Made by a program: the position numbers and the translations under genes
NCBI RefSeq assembly: GCF_009914755.1
Contig: NC_060928.1
From: the human T2T-CHM13v2.0 reference genome, Homo sapiens
Reading direction: 5' to 3' (one strand)
DNA length: 64,000 bases
Shown: piece after piece, positions 45,323-59,225 of the stretch
How positions within the stretch are numbered: position 1 is the first letter of the stretch
How the letters are laid out: each line of letters starts with the position of its first letter
The notes under the pieces: model-generated
The model's database searches: none
The model's input: the letters and a program-made list of their open reading frames with translations, nothing else
What the model was told of the DNA's origin: nothing

Positions 45323-46879
45323 CTTGGCAGAAGTTTTGAAATTCATTTTTCGTCTACTAATGCAGGTTCTTCAGCAGGGTTTATTGCAACCTGTAATCTG
45401 TGGGCTAGAGGTGGAATGGAGGTGGAGCGGTTCTTATTCTTGCTACAGATAAAAAAAACCATGATGATTTATCTTAGAAAAGAAAAAGCTAAGGAACAGT
45501 TTAATAGTCTTCAAATAAAAATTTTATTAGTATCTTGAGAGAGGAGAGTGGTGGCTCTGATAATCCTAAATTTATGAACAACTTTGAAATGTGTATGTTT
45601 GCACACTTGACTTAGCTAATTTTATAAAGAGTTTGTATTCACCTGGTTTTTGAGAATATGCTATCTAGGTCAGAAAAGGAGATGGTGCTGTGGTAATGTA
45701 CAGGGTAACAGAGAAACTTAATTTAGGATTACAAAAAATGCCACAATGTGGATAATTAAGAGCTAGCTGTCCAAGAAGAGATATTATGTAATCATTCTTC
45801 AACCCCAGGAGCAACAGAAGTGGGACGAGAGAAGAGAAGAGTGAAGAAGCAGAGGTGTTCTGTTTTTACTCTTGTGGTGATAAAATGTTCTGCAATCTCT
45901 GCTGAGGGGTTTCCTGTCCCTTTAAGCAAAAGGATCACATCACAAAGTGTTTCCATGCCAGCTTTTGACTATCTTAGTTCACTCAGCTGAAATGATGGCT
46001 TTAGAAGCTGGTAGTACAGTGTAGACATACAGAGCCTACTTCAGCCAAGGACAGTGTTCCTTGGAATAGCTTCTACTGAGCTTCTGAGAACTAAACCAAG
46101 ATACCATGTGCTGAATTCTTCCCCTCACCACCTCCCATATGTTGTTTTCCTGAGGTTGGCATAGAATGAACACACAGCCAGAGAAATAAGAAAAGTAAGA
46201 CCATCCTGCTGCCCTACAAGAAGAAAAGGCATGATTTAAAAAAACTCAGGTTGTAAGGGCATTTAGGGTACCCTGTTCCCCACAACATACTTGCTACCTC
46301 CACCCATGTGTCTGCCAAGGAAAAAAGAACCAGGCTAAATAGTTAATGGAGTGACCTAGGATGTAGCCAAAGTTTAGCTCAGTGTGGGTCTGAACTGGAC
46401 TCCATCCAAGGCAGCAGGTTTTATAGAGTCTGCAAGAATTAAAGAGAAGACATGAAGGCTACTTTGGGAGTAGAGAGGCAAGGGGATAAGGTAGGTGGGT
46501 AGAAAGAAAAGAGTGTGGGAATCACATGACTCATCATGATAATGGCTATCATCAAGGTCTTACCTTTGGTTAGAAGTGGTGGGTACCTAGGTGCTTATGA
46601 TATTATTAAAAACAATTAAACAAATAGGCAAAAGCAGGTTATAAATGAACCAATGATGGGGATGTGCCATGAATCAAGGACTATGATAAATCCAATGCCA
46701 AGCTCCTGAGATCAAAAGGGGAATATGATAGAGATTCATTCTCTTTCATAGTGCCGTTGAGTTTCTGACCCATATGTTAAAACTTCAAAATATTGAAAGG
46801 AATTTAGGAGAGAATGCACTGCATTGTCTGTGGCAGGTGATCCTCACAATGAATCTATGAATGTCCAGATGGTGCAATC

Positions 46880-47045
46880 TCACTCGATCCTCTCAAACAG
46901 TCCATGGATTTGGTATTATGTCCATTTCACAGATGAGGGAACCAAAGCTCAGAGAGATTAGATACTGTGCTTGAGGTTGCAGGGACAGGAAATGGTGTCA
47001 TCAGGTTTATAACCTGGGTCTGCCTCCCGAAGCCTGAGGTAGCTC
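46880..47045 (-). mobile_element. MIR
   Basis: tattatgtccatttcacagatgagggaaccaaagctcagagag core. Confidence 0.75.
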
Positions 47046-47198
47046 TCCGTTCTGCCATGTGACAAGTCAGTGGACCTGTGGAGAATGAGTGTTGGGTGGG
47101 CAAGAGTGTCATCCCTCCTCTCCCATGGGTCTGAATCTGGTGCCAGGTGTGTGGGCAGTATCTGTACTTTTACAATGATTCTTTCATACACTAAAAGC

Positions 47199-47254
47199 AT
47201 AATCATCACCATCATCAGCATCATCATCATCATCACTCCTCCTCCTCCTCCCTC
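47199..47254. repeat. (CAT)n-(CCT)n simple repeat
   Basis: Seen directly. Confidence 0.85.
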
Positions 47255-48249
47255 CATATTATGGACAGGCTCAAAATACCCAGTTTCTCAGAAGTCTTTG
47301 TTGTGGGTAATAAAAATACTTTTCCTAAAAACCAACTTTTATAAGTTTCTAATGTGAAACAATAGTTAACCCACGTCTCATAATCATCTGTCAGCCACAA
47401 CATCAAAAACAACAATAATAACAGCAAAATATCACAATAGATATACAGCACTCTCAGGACTTGCAAGATGAAAATATGGTCACAAACTAGACTCAGTCCA
47501 CAACACAAGGTCTTGTGATCTCTGTTTAGAGTCCTCATTACAGTGTCCTTTCAAATAGCCAGGCTTCAGCCTTTAATAGGTTTTGAAATCAATTTAGTGG
47601 GTCTTAGTATTTAAAAAATAGACTTTTGAATTAATCTACATTTTAAGGGTAAGTATTGTTTTGTAAGGTTTTTGTTTCAGTTCTATAGGTGTATATGTGT
47701 GTGTATGTGCATGCATATGCACATGTGTGTGCACTGCGTGTACACTTCTTACTGTGGTTATTTATCATAAGGACTTAAAGGCCCTGCTGCTGGGAGCATT
47801 AATGAATGCCTCTGAGGAGTTAATGAAAAGGTAGCTGGGAGGGTTCCCTGATCTTGTGCACCCATACAGACCATGAACACCTTCACATGCAGGATTTAAA
47901 ACCATACTTCACAGGGCTAGAATTAGATATTGAGGCAAATCATGAATGCATGGCACTTTAAAGCAGATGACACCTGGGTATAATTTGGAAGATGAATGGT
48001 CAGCTAGGGAGTTGGGCTGGACAGAGCCATTCAGACCAAGTAATTGCAAGAGTTATAAAAGGGTAGGGAATGTTACGCCTTTAGAAATATTGTGGCCTAA
48101 CTGCTACCTCACTGTCTTTAGATACATTGGGAAAGAATTTCTTCTACTTCTTATAGACAGTAATTATTTATTACTCCTTTTAAGAGTAATTTCACACACA
48201 AACACACACACACACACATATATATTTATCTCCAAAGTACCAATAAATA

Positions 48250-48415
48250 ACACCAACAGCAGGAATTTTCATGGTTATTGTCTACTGGGTGTCAGGCACC
48301 CTATTAGGTGCTCTCCTGCATTATTTTTAATCCTCTCAAAGACCTTACAAGATTGTTCTTGTGGAAGTTTTACATATCAAAGAAGAGCAGCTATTGGTTT
48401 TGAGGAATTAAAGGG
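48250..48415 (-). mobile_element. MIR fragment
   Basis: ctactgggtgtcaggcacc...tttaatcctctcaaagacc. Confidence 0.55.
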
Positions 48416-50139
48416 AAAGACTAGCTGGTTGTTCATGCACAAGACTCATAGGATTCCATTAACTTGGTGACTTTAACCGTGTCTTTAGCTCTGCAGGTTC
48501 AGACACCCACGTTTGTCAACAAGCTGAGAGTTGGTATCTCAGATATGGGTCATGTTATCCAGTGGAGGTGTGGACAACCAAAATGTCTCCTGATTAACCT
48601 ATGATGACAATAAATGTGACACAGCCTGACCAGCCCATGGGAACTCATAACGCAATTAAAAGTTTGCTTGGTGAATGTTGATTTTAAAAAGGGGATGGTA
48701 GGTGACTATACAGGTTTAATTTTATCAGGTAAGAATGGCTTGAAGTGAGGTTACCAACCTTTACCTTTTACCTCAGTAGTTTCTCAGTGAGAAGAACAGA
48801 CCCAGGGAACTTTTTGACATAAGAGTGATAGGCTCTGCCCCCAAAGCTCCAGTGCTCAGAGCTAGAGACTTCCACTTGGGCTTGAGCTAAAATGCTGGCC
48901 TTTGATATCTCATCCAGACTGAAGATAGGGCAGAGCCAACGTGACTTGCTTGCCTGCATGCACTATGAGAAACTGGAGCAGAAGGAAAGCAAAAGGAAGC
49001 CTGCTGAGGAGCTGAGGTACGAGGGCCCCGAGACTGGGCAGGCCAATCAAAGAAGGTGAAAGAGTGTGCACAAGCAATGCCCCGACTCCATCACCCCACC
49101 TTCTGATATGTAAAGCCAAGTGGTTGGTATGCTGTCTTGAGTCAGATTAGCTACTCTTACCCTGGTGAGAGAAGAATGAAAGGAGGGACAGAGAGACAGC
49201 ATGCGTCAGTTCACATGTTCCCTAAAATGGTCTGCAAGTTGGATGGGGGGAAGTTCTCTCATCTGGAGCCTGAGGTGGAAATATGGGAAGAAGAATAACA
49301 ATGTCTACAAAAGGGCAAGCACTGCTCTTGGCCAGGAGATGGGTATCTTTGACCAAGATGCAATTTTTTTTCCCTGAGCTGTTCTTAGATTGACTCATCA
49401 GCTTGCTCTGGAACCCCATAAAGGCAGGAGCAGAATTTGTTCATGCTCTTAGCACAGTGCTTAGCAAACTCTCAATGTATGTATGGAATACCTGCTTTTA
49501 CTTCTCCTTTTTCTTCTTTCATGGTGTCGAACCGTACCTTAAATTGACTATTATTCCTTTAGTTGTTTTATTTTCCTCAATCAGATTACTAGGTTCAACA
49601 TGACGACTTTGCACATCTCTGCTCCATACAATATGTATTGATTTTGTTGTTTAGCTCTTGGAGGACAACCTCATTTTCCTTCCTGATACCAAGTTCTTTA
49701 GGGACACATTTCCCTATAGCTGTCAAGAACCTGCTGTCTCATTCCCATCCTACAGTCATTTAAGAGCAAAGCCAAAGTTAAGATCTGAGGTCACAGGAAA
49801 AAAAAAAAGATGTTATAGGATGTACTGTTTGAACAACTCCTGTTAGATGTTAGTGTTTCACAGAACTCATCAGAGAAACCCAAGTTTTCACAAAACACTA
49901 CATTTATTTCCACCTCCCACAGCAGTTATCTTGCCCAAGAGAGGAAATTGTTTCCAATTTACACATGGTAAAGGACACCTCCTGAAAATTTCCCTTTGGG
50001 GCTAAGAATTTAATCTTACTACTGGGTTAATGCATTTATTTGGGTGGCTTTTTAACCTAAATAAGTGAGCAGTACTTCCTCCCACCATCACTTTCATAAT
50101 TGCTGTGAAAAGAAGCCCTCGTGGGGGTTGCTGCAGAGA

Positions 50140-50262
50140 CAGCCTGGGGAAACCCCGTGAAGTTAAATGCGCTGCTTGAAAACACAGACACCCGGTTCTA
50201 GCTGCTCCAGCCCTGAGCCATTAGATTTGGTCGTCAAGGAGCCCAGCAGGGCAAAGGTCAAT
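50140..50262. promoter_or_regulatory. Candidate regulatory element: DR1 nuclear-receptor site and kB-like site
   Basis: AGGGCAAAGGTCA at 50248-50260; GGGGAAACCCC at 50146-50156; locally more CpGs; motif evidence only. Confidence 0.35.
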
Positions 50263-50469
50263 TTCTCTTTGCTTTTTTCTTCCACTTCCTGTTCTTCCAC
50301 TTTTTCCATTGTCTTCTCACAGCTATCCCAGGCTCTCTCCTTCTTTTTCTCTTGTCTTTTCATATTCTCAAAAAACAGGATAACTTTCAAAGCCTTTCCT
50401 TTCTTTTCTCACTCTATCCACATCCCCTCGGCTGTTCAAATGCATAGAGTTCACCCTTAAGCTAAGGAG

Positions 50470-50690
50470 ACAGTGCAAATTTTATAGTAAGAATGTAGGC
50501 TAAGAAGCCAGACTTCCTGGGGCTGAATCCCAGTTGCTTGGGAGAGTTACTGAATCTCTCAGGACCTCAGTTTCTACATCTATAAAATGGGAATGATACT
50601 AGTAGTTCTTATCCTATAAGGTTATTATGAGAGTCAAATCAGTTAATATATGTAACGTGATTAGGAATGTTATGTAACGTATATAAGAGT
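50470..50690 (+). mobile_element. MIR
   Basis: ctcagtttctacatctataaaatgggaatgata core. Confidence 0.8.
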
Positions 50691-51914
50691 GTTTGCTGGG
50701 AAAAAACAACAACAACATGTCACAAGTGGGTAAGAATGAAAATGGGCTTAGAACAGAGATCACATTCCACCCTCTGTCCCTTTGATTAAGGATAGGGGTT
50801 TGGCTGCATCTGCTTTTCTTCCCCTAAAATATCCACGTATTCTAAAACTCTGAGTATGTTTTTTGTGTAAACTGAACATAGTTCAGAACTTTTTTCTCAG
50901 CTACCATTTTCTTTTTGGAGAGTGATAAACTTGATCTCTTTTGTGAAGAGCTATTTCTGGCTAGCTTTAACATAATGTTTAAATTAATGACCATTTGTTT
51001 ATGCCCATGATGTATAAGCTAAACAACTGCCCCTGCATTCTATAATTCCAGTCCCAAGGAAGGGGAAAAAAAATGCCAGGATAGCATGGGGAAGAAAATA
51101 GCCATCATCACCAACCCACCAGAAAATCTCCCTCCTCTCATATTCACTCTTTAATTACAGAACTGCATTTATGTACACATTTGGAGAATTACATGTTTAT
51201 ATGTCTTGTCTCCTCTTGATCATAAGGTAGTGTCTGTTCCATCTTATGTATTCTTGGTGCTCAGAACAGTGCTACACTTACCTGTGGGTGTAAAGTACAA
51301 TTTGCTGACAAACTATAAAGCAATATAAATAGATCATATATTAGACTAGTATTAAAGGTTTTAAAAATAGTCTATTTTAAAAATATAGTTTGTGAAATTT
51401 ATGAGTTTTAAATGGCAAAATTTAAAAGAATTAAATAAAATGAGAGTGGTTTCCATTTTTTGAATCACATTTTCTGCTTTTATTCCCATATGCCCGTAAA
51501 AGGGATTATATATATAGTAGGTGTGAAGCACTTATGTAAGGTATATGTATATAAGGTATATGTATGTGTGTGAGGTATGTGTGTGTGTGTATGTGTGTGT
51601 TATGTGTGTGAATTAAGCTGTCAAGTCAGCACACACAAGGAGAAAATCATGTACAGAATTGCCTTAGAAAATTGCATATATCCCAGAAACTCAAACACGA
51701 AGATTTAGCTTCTTTTGCTTCTATTTACATTTCTCTGTAGTCTCATTCTCTGTGGAGCACTGAAGGATAGAGAGAGTCTAGTTTGAAAGGGAGAGTACAT
51801 GCAACAGGGTAAGAATTTTTTTTTTTTACTTTTTTTATGCATTAAGATTTATGAAAATAAAATTCTTTTAAAATGCAACTTCACAGTGTGTGTGCACATA
51901 TGTGTAAATGTCTA

Positions 51915-52008
51915 TTATATATACACTTATACATATATACACGTATATATACACTATATATACACACACACACACACACTCACACACATATATATATGTG
52001 TATGTATA
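51915..52008. repeat. (TA)n/(CA)n simple repeat at an Alu tail
   Basis: Seen directly. Confidence 0.85.
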
Positions 52009-52289
52009 TTTTTGAGACGGAATCTCTGTTGCCCAGGCTGGAGTGCAATGGCACAATCTCAGCTGACTGCCACCTCTGCCTCTCAAGTTCAAGCGATTCT
52101 TTGCCTCAGCCTCCTCAGTAGCTGGGACTACAGGTGCCTGTCACTATGCCTGGCTAATTTTTGTATTTTTAGTAGAGATGGGTTCCACCGTGTTGGCCAG
52201 GCTGGTCTCAAGCTCCTGAGCTCAAGTGATCCAGCTGCCTCAGCCTCTCAAAGTGCTGGGATTACAGGTATGCACCACTGTGCCTGGCC
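52009..52289 (-). mobile_element. Alu (AluS-like)
   Basis: Antisense dimer ending cctggcc. Confidence 0.93.
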
Positions 52290-52559
52290 TGCCTGTGGTA
52301 TGTTGTAATCTATACACTTTTATTTTTATTAATTATTTCACATAATTTTTACAACAGATCTGAAAACAAGGTTTGCATTTACAGATCAGGAAACTAAGAG
52401 CATTGAAGTGATTTTCTCTGTGGTCAGTGATGGTGCTAGCTTAGAACTGGGCAAACAAGCTTACACTTTGATGTTTACCCACTAGCACTACTTCCCTCAA
52501 AGCTGATCACAAATCATAATCGTGAAAGAAGCTTTGAAACTACAGATCTACAACTTCCT

Positions 52560-52710
52560 TTTGTAGGACTGGAAGGGACCTTAATTAAGACCCTTCTCTT
52601 TACAGAGGAGGGAACTGAAGCCCAGGGATACCGGAAGAGTTGGCCCGGGTCACATCGTGGTGATTGGAAGGACTAAGAGAGCAAGCCTGGCTCTTGACTC
52701 CCAGGCCTTT
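52560..52710 (-). mobile_element. MIR-family fragment
   Basis: ctggaagggacctt...tttacagaggagggaactgaagcccag...ggtcaca. Confidence 0.7.
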
Positions 52711-52784
52711 CTATACCCCGCCTCCTGCTGCCCCGGCCAGGAGGCTAGATCTCAGAATGCAGTCAGAAAAATCCTTCACTGAGA

Positions 52785-55700
52785 GGACTAGATTGCAGCT
52801 CTGAACAGAGCAGCATGTGGAGGCGTGCATTGTGAATTTTAGCTCCAGATCAACTGCAAGAATAAACCTGCAATCCCAAGAGGACCCACAAACCCTCTGA
52901 AGGAAGCAGACTGCTCCCGCAGGACCTAAGAGACACCCCAAATACTGTGAGTGCCCCAACTGCGGAAGTGGAAAAGGAAGACCCTCCTCTCCTGAACACA
53001 CACCCCCACTGGAGAAGCTGAAGGTCTGTTTGTGGGAGAAGTTTCCAACTTAACTGGAGCTGAGTCAAGTTAGAGAGCCCAGCAAAATGCAGGGGTAGAA
53101 GAAGCAGCAAGGCCCTGGGAGCTCTCTGGGTCTCCAAGCAGCCCATTCCTCTCTGGTACCATAGGGATCCACTGGGAGGGTGGCTAGAGGAGCAGAGGGT
53201 AAAACTCCATGGGGAGAAGGAATTCTCTAGCTGAACTTTGTAAGTTTGAACAGGGCAAGAAGCCTCCTGGCCAGAACTCAAGGGAGGGTGTGAATCCGGT
53301 GTGCAGACTTCACAGGTGGGAGAGAACTAAAGCCCTTTTCTCTCGCAGCTGGGAAGCAGATAGCCTTGGGCAAATTTCCAAGTCCGTCTTGCCCTGACCT
53401 GGAAACAGACTCCCGGCTGCTGTTGAGGTCACAGTGAGAGTGAGACCGGCCCTTCAATTTGCATGGGATCTGGGTGAGGCCAGTGACTGCTGGGTTTTCC
53501 CCACTTCCCTGACAACCTGCATGACTTAGCAGAGGCAGGCATAATCCTCCTTGGTACACAACTCCAGTGACCTGGGAATCATGATCAAGTGGGTTTCATA
53601 CCAGGGATGCAGGGATGGTTTAACATACGCAAGTCAATAAATGTGATACACCATGTAAAGAGAATTAAAAACAAAAATCACATGAACATCTCAACAGATG
53701 CAGAAAAAGCATTTGACAAAATCCAGCAACCTTTATGATTAAAACTCTCAGCAAAATTGGCATACAAGGGACATACCTTAATGTAATAAAAGCCATCTAT
53801 GACAAACCCATAGTCAACATAATACTGAATGGGGAAAAGTTGAAAGCATTTCCTCTGAGAACTGGAACAAGACAAGGATGGCCACTCTCACACTCCTCTT
53901 CAACGTAGGTACTGGAAGTCCTAACAAGAGCAATGAGACAAGACAAAGAAATAAAGGGCATCCAAATCTGTAAAGAGAAAGTCAAACTGTCACTGTTTGC
54001 TGATGATATGATTGTTTACCTTGAAACCCCTAAGGATTCCTTCATAGAACTGATAAAAGAATTCAGCCAAGTTTCTGGATACAAGATTAATGTACACAAA
54101 TCAGTAGCTCTTCTATACAACAACAGCAACCAAGCAGAGAATCAAATCAAGAACTCAACTCCCTTTACAATAGCAAGAAAAAAAAAAAAAAAACTTAGGA
54201 ATGTACCTGACAAAGGAGTCAAAAGACCTCTACAAGGAAAACTACAAAACATTGCTGAAAGAAATCATAGATGACAAAAACAAATGAAAACACTTCCCAT
54301 GCTCATGGGTGGATAGAGTCAATATTGTGAAAATGACCACACTGCCAAAAGCAATCTACAAATTCAATAGAATCCCCATCAGAATACCACCATCATTCTT
54401 CACAGAATTAGAAAAAACAATTATAAAATTCATCTGGAACCAAAAAAGAGCTTGCTTAGCCAAAGCAAGACTAAGCAAAAAGAACAAATTTGGAGGCATC
54501 ACACTACCTGATTTCAAACTATACTGTAAGGCCATCATCACCAAAACAGTATGGTACTTGTATAAAAACAGGCACATAGACCAATGGAACAGAATAGAGA
54601 ACCCAGAAATAAACCCAAATACTTCCAGTCAACTGATCTTTGACAAAGCAAACAAAAACATAAAGTGGGGAAAGGACACCCTTTTCAAAAAATGGTGCTG
54701 GGATAATTGGCTAGCCACATGTAGGAGAATGAAACTGGATCCTTATCTCTCATCTTATACAAAAATCAACTCAAGATGGATTAAGGGCTTAAACCTAAAA
54801 CCTGAAACTATAAAAATTCTAAAAGAAACATTGGAAAAACCCTTCTAGACAATGGCTTAGGCAAGGATTTCATGACCAAGAACCCGAAAGCAAATGTAAT
54901 AAAAACAAAGGTAAATAGCTGGGACCTAATTAAACTAAAGAGCTTTTGCATGGCAAAAGGAACAGTCAGCAGAGTAAACAGACAACCCACAGAATGGGAG
55001 AAAATCTTCACAATCTATACATCTGACAAAGGACTAATATCCAGAATCTACAACAAACTCAAACAAATCAGTAAGAAAAAAACAAATAATCTAATCAAAA
55101 AGTGAGCTAAGGACATGAATAGACAATTCTCAAAAGAAGATATACAAATAGCCAACAAACTTATGAAAAAATGTTCAACATCACTAATGATCAGGGAAAT
55201 GCAAATTGAAACCATAATGCGATACCACCTTACTCCTGCAAGAATGGCCATAATCAAAGAATCAAGAAACAGTAGATGTTGGCGTGGATATGGTGAACAG
55301 GGAACACTTCTACACTGCGGGTGGGAATGTAAACTAGTACAGCCATTATGGAAAACAGTGTGCAGATTCCTTAAAGAACGAAAAGTAGAACTACCATTTG
55401 ATCCAGCAATCCCAGTACTGGGTATCTACCCAGAGGAAAAGAAGTTATTATTCGAAAAAGATACATGCACATGCATGTTTATAACAGCACAATTCACAAC
55501 TGCAAATTCGTGGAACCAACCCAAATGCCCACCAATCAATGAGTGGATAAAGAAACTGTGGTATATATATAGCATGTATATATATATATATACACACACA
55601 CACACATATATACAGTATATGTATACATATACTGTATATATGTATATATACATATATACACTATATACAATGTATATATATACACTATATACAATGTATA

Positions 55701-56383
55701 TATATACACTATATACAATGTATATATATACACTATATACAATGTATATATATACACTATATACAATGTATATATATACACTATATACAATGTATATATA
55801 TACACTATATACAATGTATATATATACAGTATATATAATGTATATATATAGTATATATAGTGTATATATACAGTATATATGTGGTATATATACACCATAG
55901 TTTCTTATATACTGTATATATATACACTATATATACTATATATATATTTACTGTATATATAGAAACTATATATATAGAAACTGTATATATATAAAAAGAA
56001 ACTGTGATATATATGTACATATATATGATGGAATACTATGCAGCCATAAAAAGGAATGAATTAACAGCATTTGCAGTGATCTGGATGAGATTGGAGACTA
56101 TTATTCTAAGTGATGTAGCTCAGTAATGGAAAATCAAACATCATACGTTCTCACTGATATGTGGGAGCTAAGCTATGAGGACGCAAAGCCATAAGAATGA
56201 TACAATGGTCTCTGGGGACTTGGGGGGGGGAAGAGTCGGGGGGGAGAGGGATAAAAGACTACAAATTTGGTGCAGTGTATACATAGGTGATGGATGCACC
56301 AAAATCTCACAGATCACCACTAAAGAACTTACTCATGTAACCAAATAACACCTTTACCCCAATAACTTAGGGAAAAATAAAAA
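52785..56383 (+). mobile_element. L1PB1-like element: 5' UTR fused to the RT region, ORF1 and endonuclease missing
   Basis: 5' ggactagattgcagctc; junction at ~53580 into atgatcaagtgggtttc (HDQVGF); FADD at ~54000; L1PB-type 3' UTR; TSD agaaaaatcctt(ca/tg)ctgaga (52765-52784 / 56384-56403). Confidence 0.9.
55562..56026. repeat. AT-rich expansion with 7 perfect copies of a 24-bp unit (cactatatacaatgtatatatata)
   Basis: Unit starts at 55659, 55683, 55707, 55731, 55755, 55779 and 55803. Confidence 0.95.
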
Positions 56384-56403
56384 AGAAAAATCCTTTGCTG
56401 AGA

Positions 56404-57035
56404 AACATTAAGACTAGAATGCTAAGAAAAAATATTAACAGTTCCATAGGAAAATGACAAAGAGCATGCATAGATAATTTATGAAGAAAGAGCAAAATTT
56501 TTAAAAAAGTTTCACCTACGTTGTCAAGTAAGCAATGCAAATTAAAAGAAAAACCATTTAGACTCAGTTGACAATGACTTTTTTAAGCTAATACTCATTG
56601 CTTTAAAGGATGGGCCTTGCTGTATGACTGAAAGACATTCTTGTAGCTGGTAGAAGTAACACCATTACACTCTCTCAAGAAAGCAATTGAGATGTAGAAC
56701 AATTGTGTATGTAGAACCTTAAAAATATTTAAGACTTTTGATCTAAACAATCAGAATTCTAGGGAAGTTTTCCAAAGATAATCAGGTATGTGGCCAAAGA
56801 ATATTAGATGCAACATTATTTATAATATTAATCATTGAGTAAAGGATTGGAAGGGAATCAGTCAGAGGCTTTCATTTCTGGATAGTGAGTCTTGGAACAT
56901 GCTCATAGTAAGGTTTGCACTTTTGTTTATTTGTTGCTCAAATAAGCAAATGAATAAATTGTGAGATTATGGATAATTTAAATTTTCTTCTGCATAGGTA
57001 CAATGGGGATGTATTCTTTTTATTACAATAAAATT
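56404..57035 (+). mobile_element. Very old L1 (L1ME-like) remnant
   Basis: aatgcaaattaaaa...gaaagcaattga...ttctagggaagttttcc...cattatttataata. Confidence 0.5.
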
Positions 57036-57708
57036 AACCGTTATGAAAAACTTGCAGCATGTTGACACTAACTGAACAAGATAGAAAAAAAATCCTAGTA
57101 TTTTTGTTCAATATCCTTCATTTTTACCACTTTCTTTTGGTATCTCTGGGCTTGAGTTCCCTCCTCTGTAAATAGAAGGAACTTAATTAAGGTCCCTTCT
57201 AGCCTTAAAAAAGGGAGTTATAGATCCATTCCTACTCAGTCATCTTGGTTGATAGAATTCTTCCTTCATTAAGATCCTCTGCTAAAGAGCACCCTCAAAA
57301 TTAGTCATTTTAAAAAGCTCTTCCCAGTTTTGCAGAGACATTTTTGTTTTGCTGAATGACTTTTGGACAAGCACTAGACTTGTGTCATTTCCACGTGAAC
57401 AGAAACATCTGTTTTCCAGAGGGTCGACTGTAGTTAGTGCTGTGTCTGTGCTGCTGTGTCTCTGCGTAACCCAATTGGCCTGCACGAGAATAGGACTTTT
57501 CATCTCATTCTCATTGGTTTCTACATTAACCAAGTCACTTCATATGTACTAGAGGCTATGGTGGGAACTCTCAGTGTAAGGCTATGGATGGTTCAGCTCA
57601 ACCCATTTCTTATTTCTGAAAAACAATTTGAAGCATGCAGCCTATGACTGGAAGGCAACTGAATTATGTTCATAGAAGGGCAGCTTGATTTCTTTCCATA
57701 GTATCCTT

Positions 57709-58066
<358 letters not shown>

Positions 58067-58969
58067 TAAAAAATAAGTTGCTATGTGTCATCACCAAGTA
58101 CGGGCAAATTGGTGCAGAAATTATAAAAGAGCAGATCTCTTTATTGAGATGCACATATTACTTATTTTTCATTATTTAGTGATTTTTTATAATTTAGTAT
58201 GGCACAAATTGCCTAAAAATGATGATCAAATTATCAATGACTTTCTTGCAAAGACAAATGGAAAATTTTTAATTTTAATTTTTGATGGGTTTATGAGTTG
58301 GGAAATTACTAAGGAATTAAGGGGACCCTATATACCTATGCCAACCAGAGAGATTATGTTAAAATAATTTTGACACACACACCAAAGCCGGAAAGAATCA
58401 GATACAATACACATCGGAATCAGACACGTGGCTGAAGGCAAATAAGACATTATCAGGCCAGCACGTAAGGCAAGATTCCACCTAGTCCCTACTCTCGAGG
58501 AGTTCATTAGGACTTACCGCATAGCTTATAAGTGATTGAAATATTAGGATGATTTTGAAGAGTGAGGTTATCTGCCATTGCAGGTTATTTAAAAATCTAT
58601 ATCTGTATCTATATATGAGTTAGCTAAATGTGATACTACATTTGGTTTTCTTAACATATGTGTGAGAATCAAACTGAGAACAACTATGGAACATTGTGCC
58701 TGATGCAATAATTTAATATGGAAACATATAAAAATGAGTTAGGTATCTCCAAGCCACAAGTATCTAAATGTATTACCACTTTGTTTCTGAGCAGAAATGA
58801 GCATACTTTTGAGTAAGATTAGAGGATGAGAAAAAATCATCTCCTATGCAGATAACACTCTGGGTAAGACACAGTGCTGAGTGGTTGACCTCAATAATTT
58901 GCCAAATAATGAAATTTCCCATTACGATCATTAGTCCTGAAGGACTTCTAGATACATACTCATTTTCTC

Positions 58970-59225
58970 TTAACTTCCAAATAAATTTTTGCTGATCATC
59001 TCCTAGGCGATAAGTGCTATGGGAGGTAAATAATTAAGCAGAAATGACTCAAATCCTATTCCTGCCTTCAGTGAGCTTTCCCTCAAGTCAACAGGGAGAA
59101 CCATATGTCTACTCAAGTAGTTACAACGCAAGAAAAGTGTGTGAAGTATAATTAGTAAAAAGTTACAGAAATTTTCAAGTTACACTGTTGTGAGAGTTTG
59201 GAGAAAGGAAAGATTATATTTTAAT
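58970..59225 (-). mobile_element. L2 fragment
   Basis: ttcctgccttcagtgagctttc...gagagtttggagaaaggaaagatt. Confidence 0.45.

Noticed and set aside
47946-48470. 174-aa ORF outside L1
   Set aside because: It runs through a (CA)n repeat and a MIR fragment and has no recognisable protein features.
53560-53600. Spliced L1 integrant at the 5' UTR-ORF2 junction
   Set aside because: The junction gggaatc|atgatc does not fit GT/AG boundaries in the consensus as I recall it; a plain deletion is simpler.
55652-55826. CRISPR-like array or repeat protein (YTLYTMYI)n
   Set aside because: Units are head-to-tail with no spacers, in eukaryotic DNA; an AT-rich VNTR that happens to lack stops in one frame.
58512-58580. 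Possible 54-nt minus-strand exon ending gcg/gtaagt
   Set aside because: Good donor and an open frame, but a poor acceptor and no supporting exons or homology.
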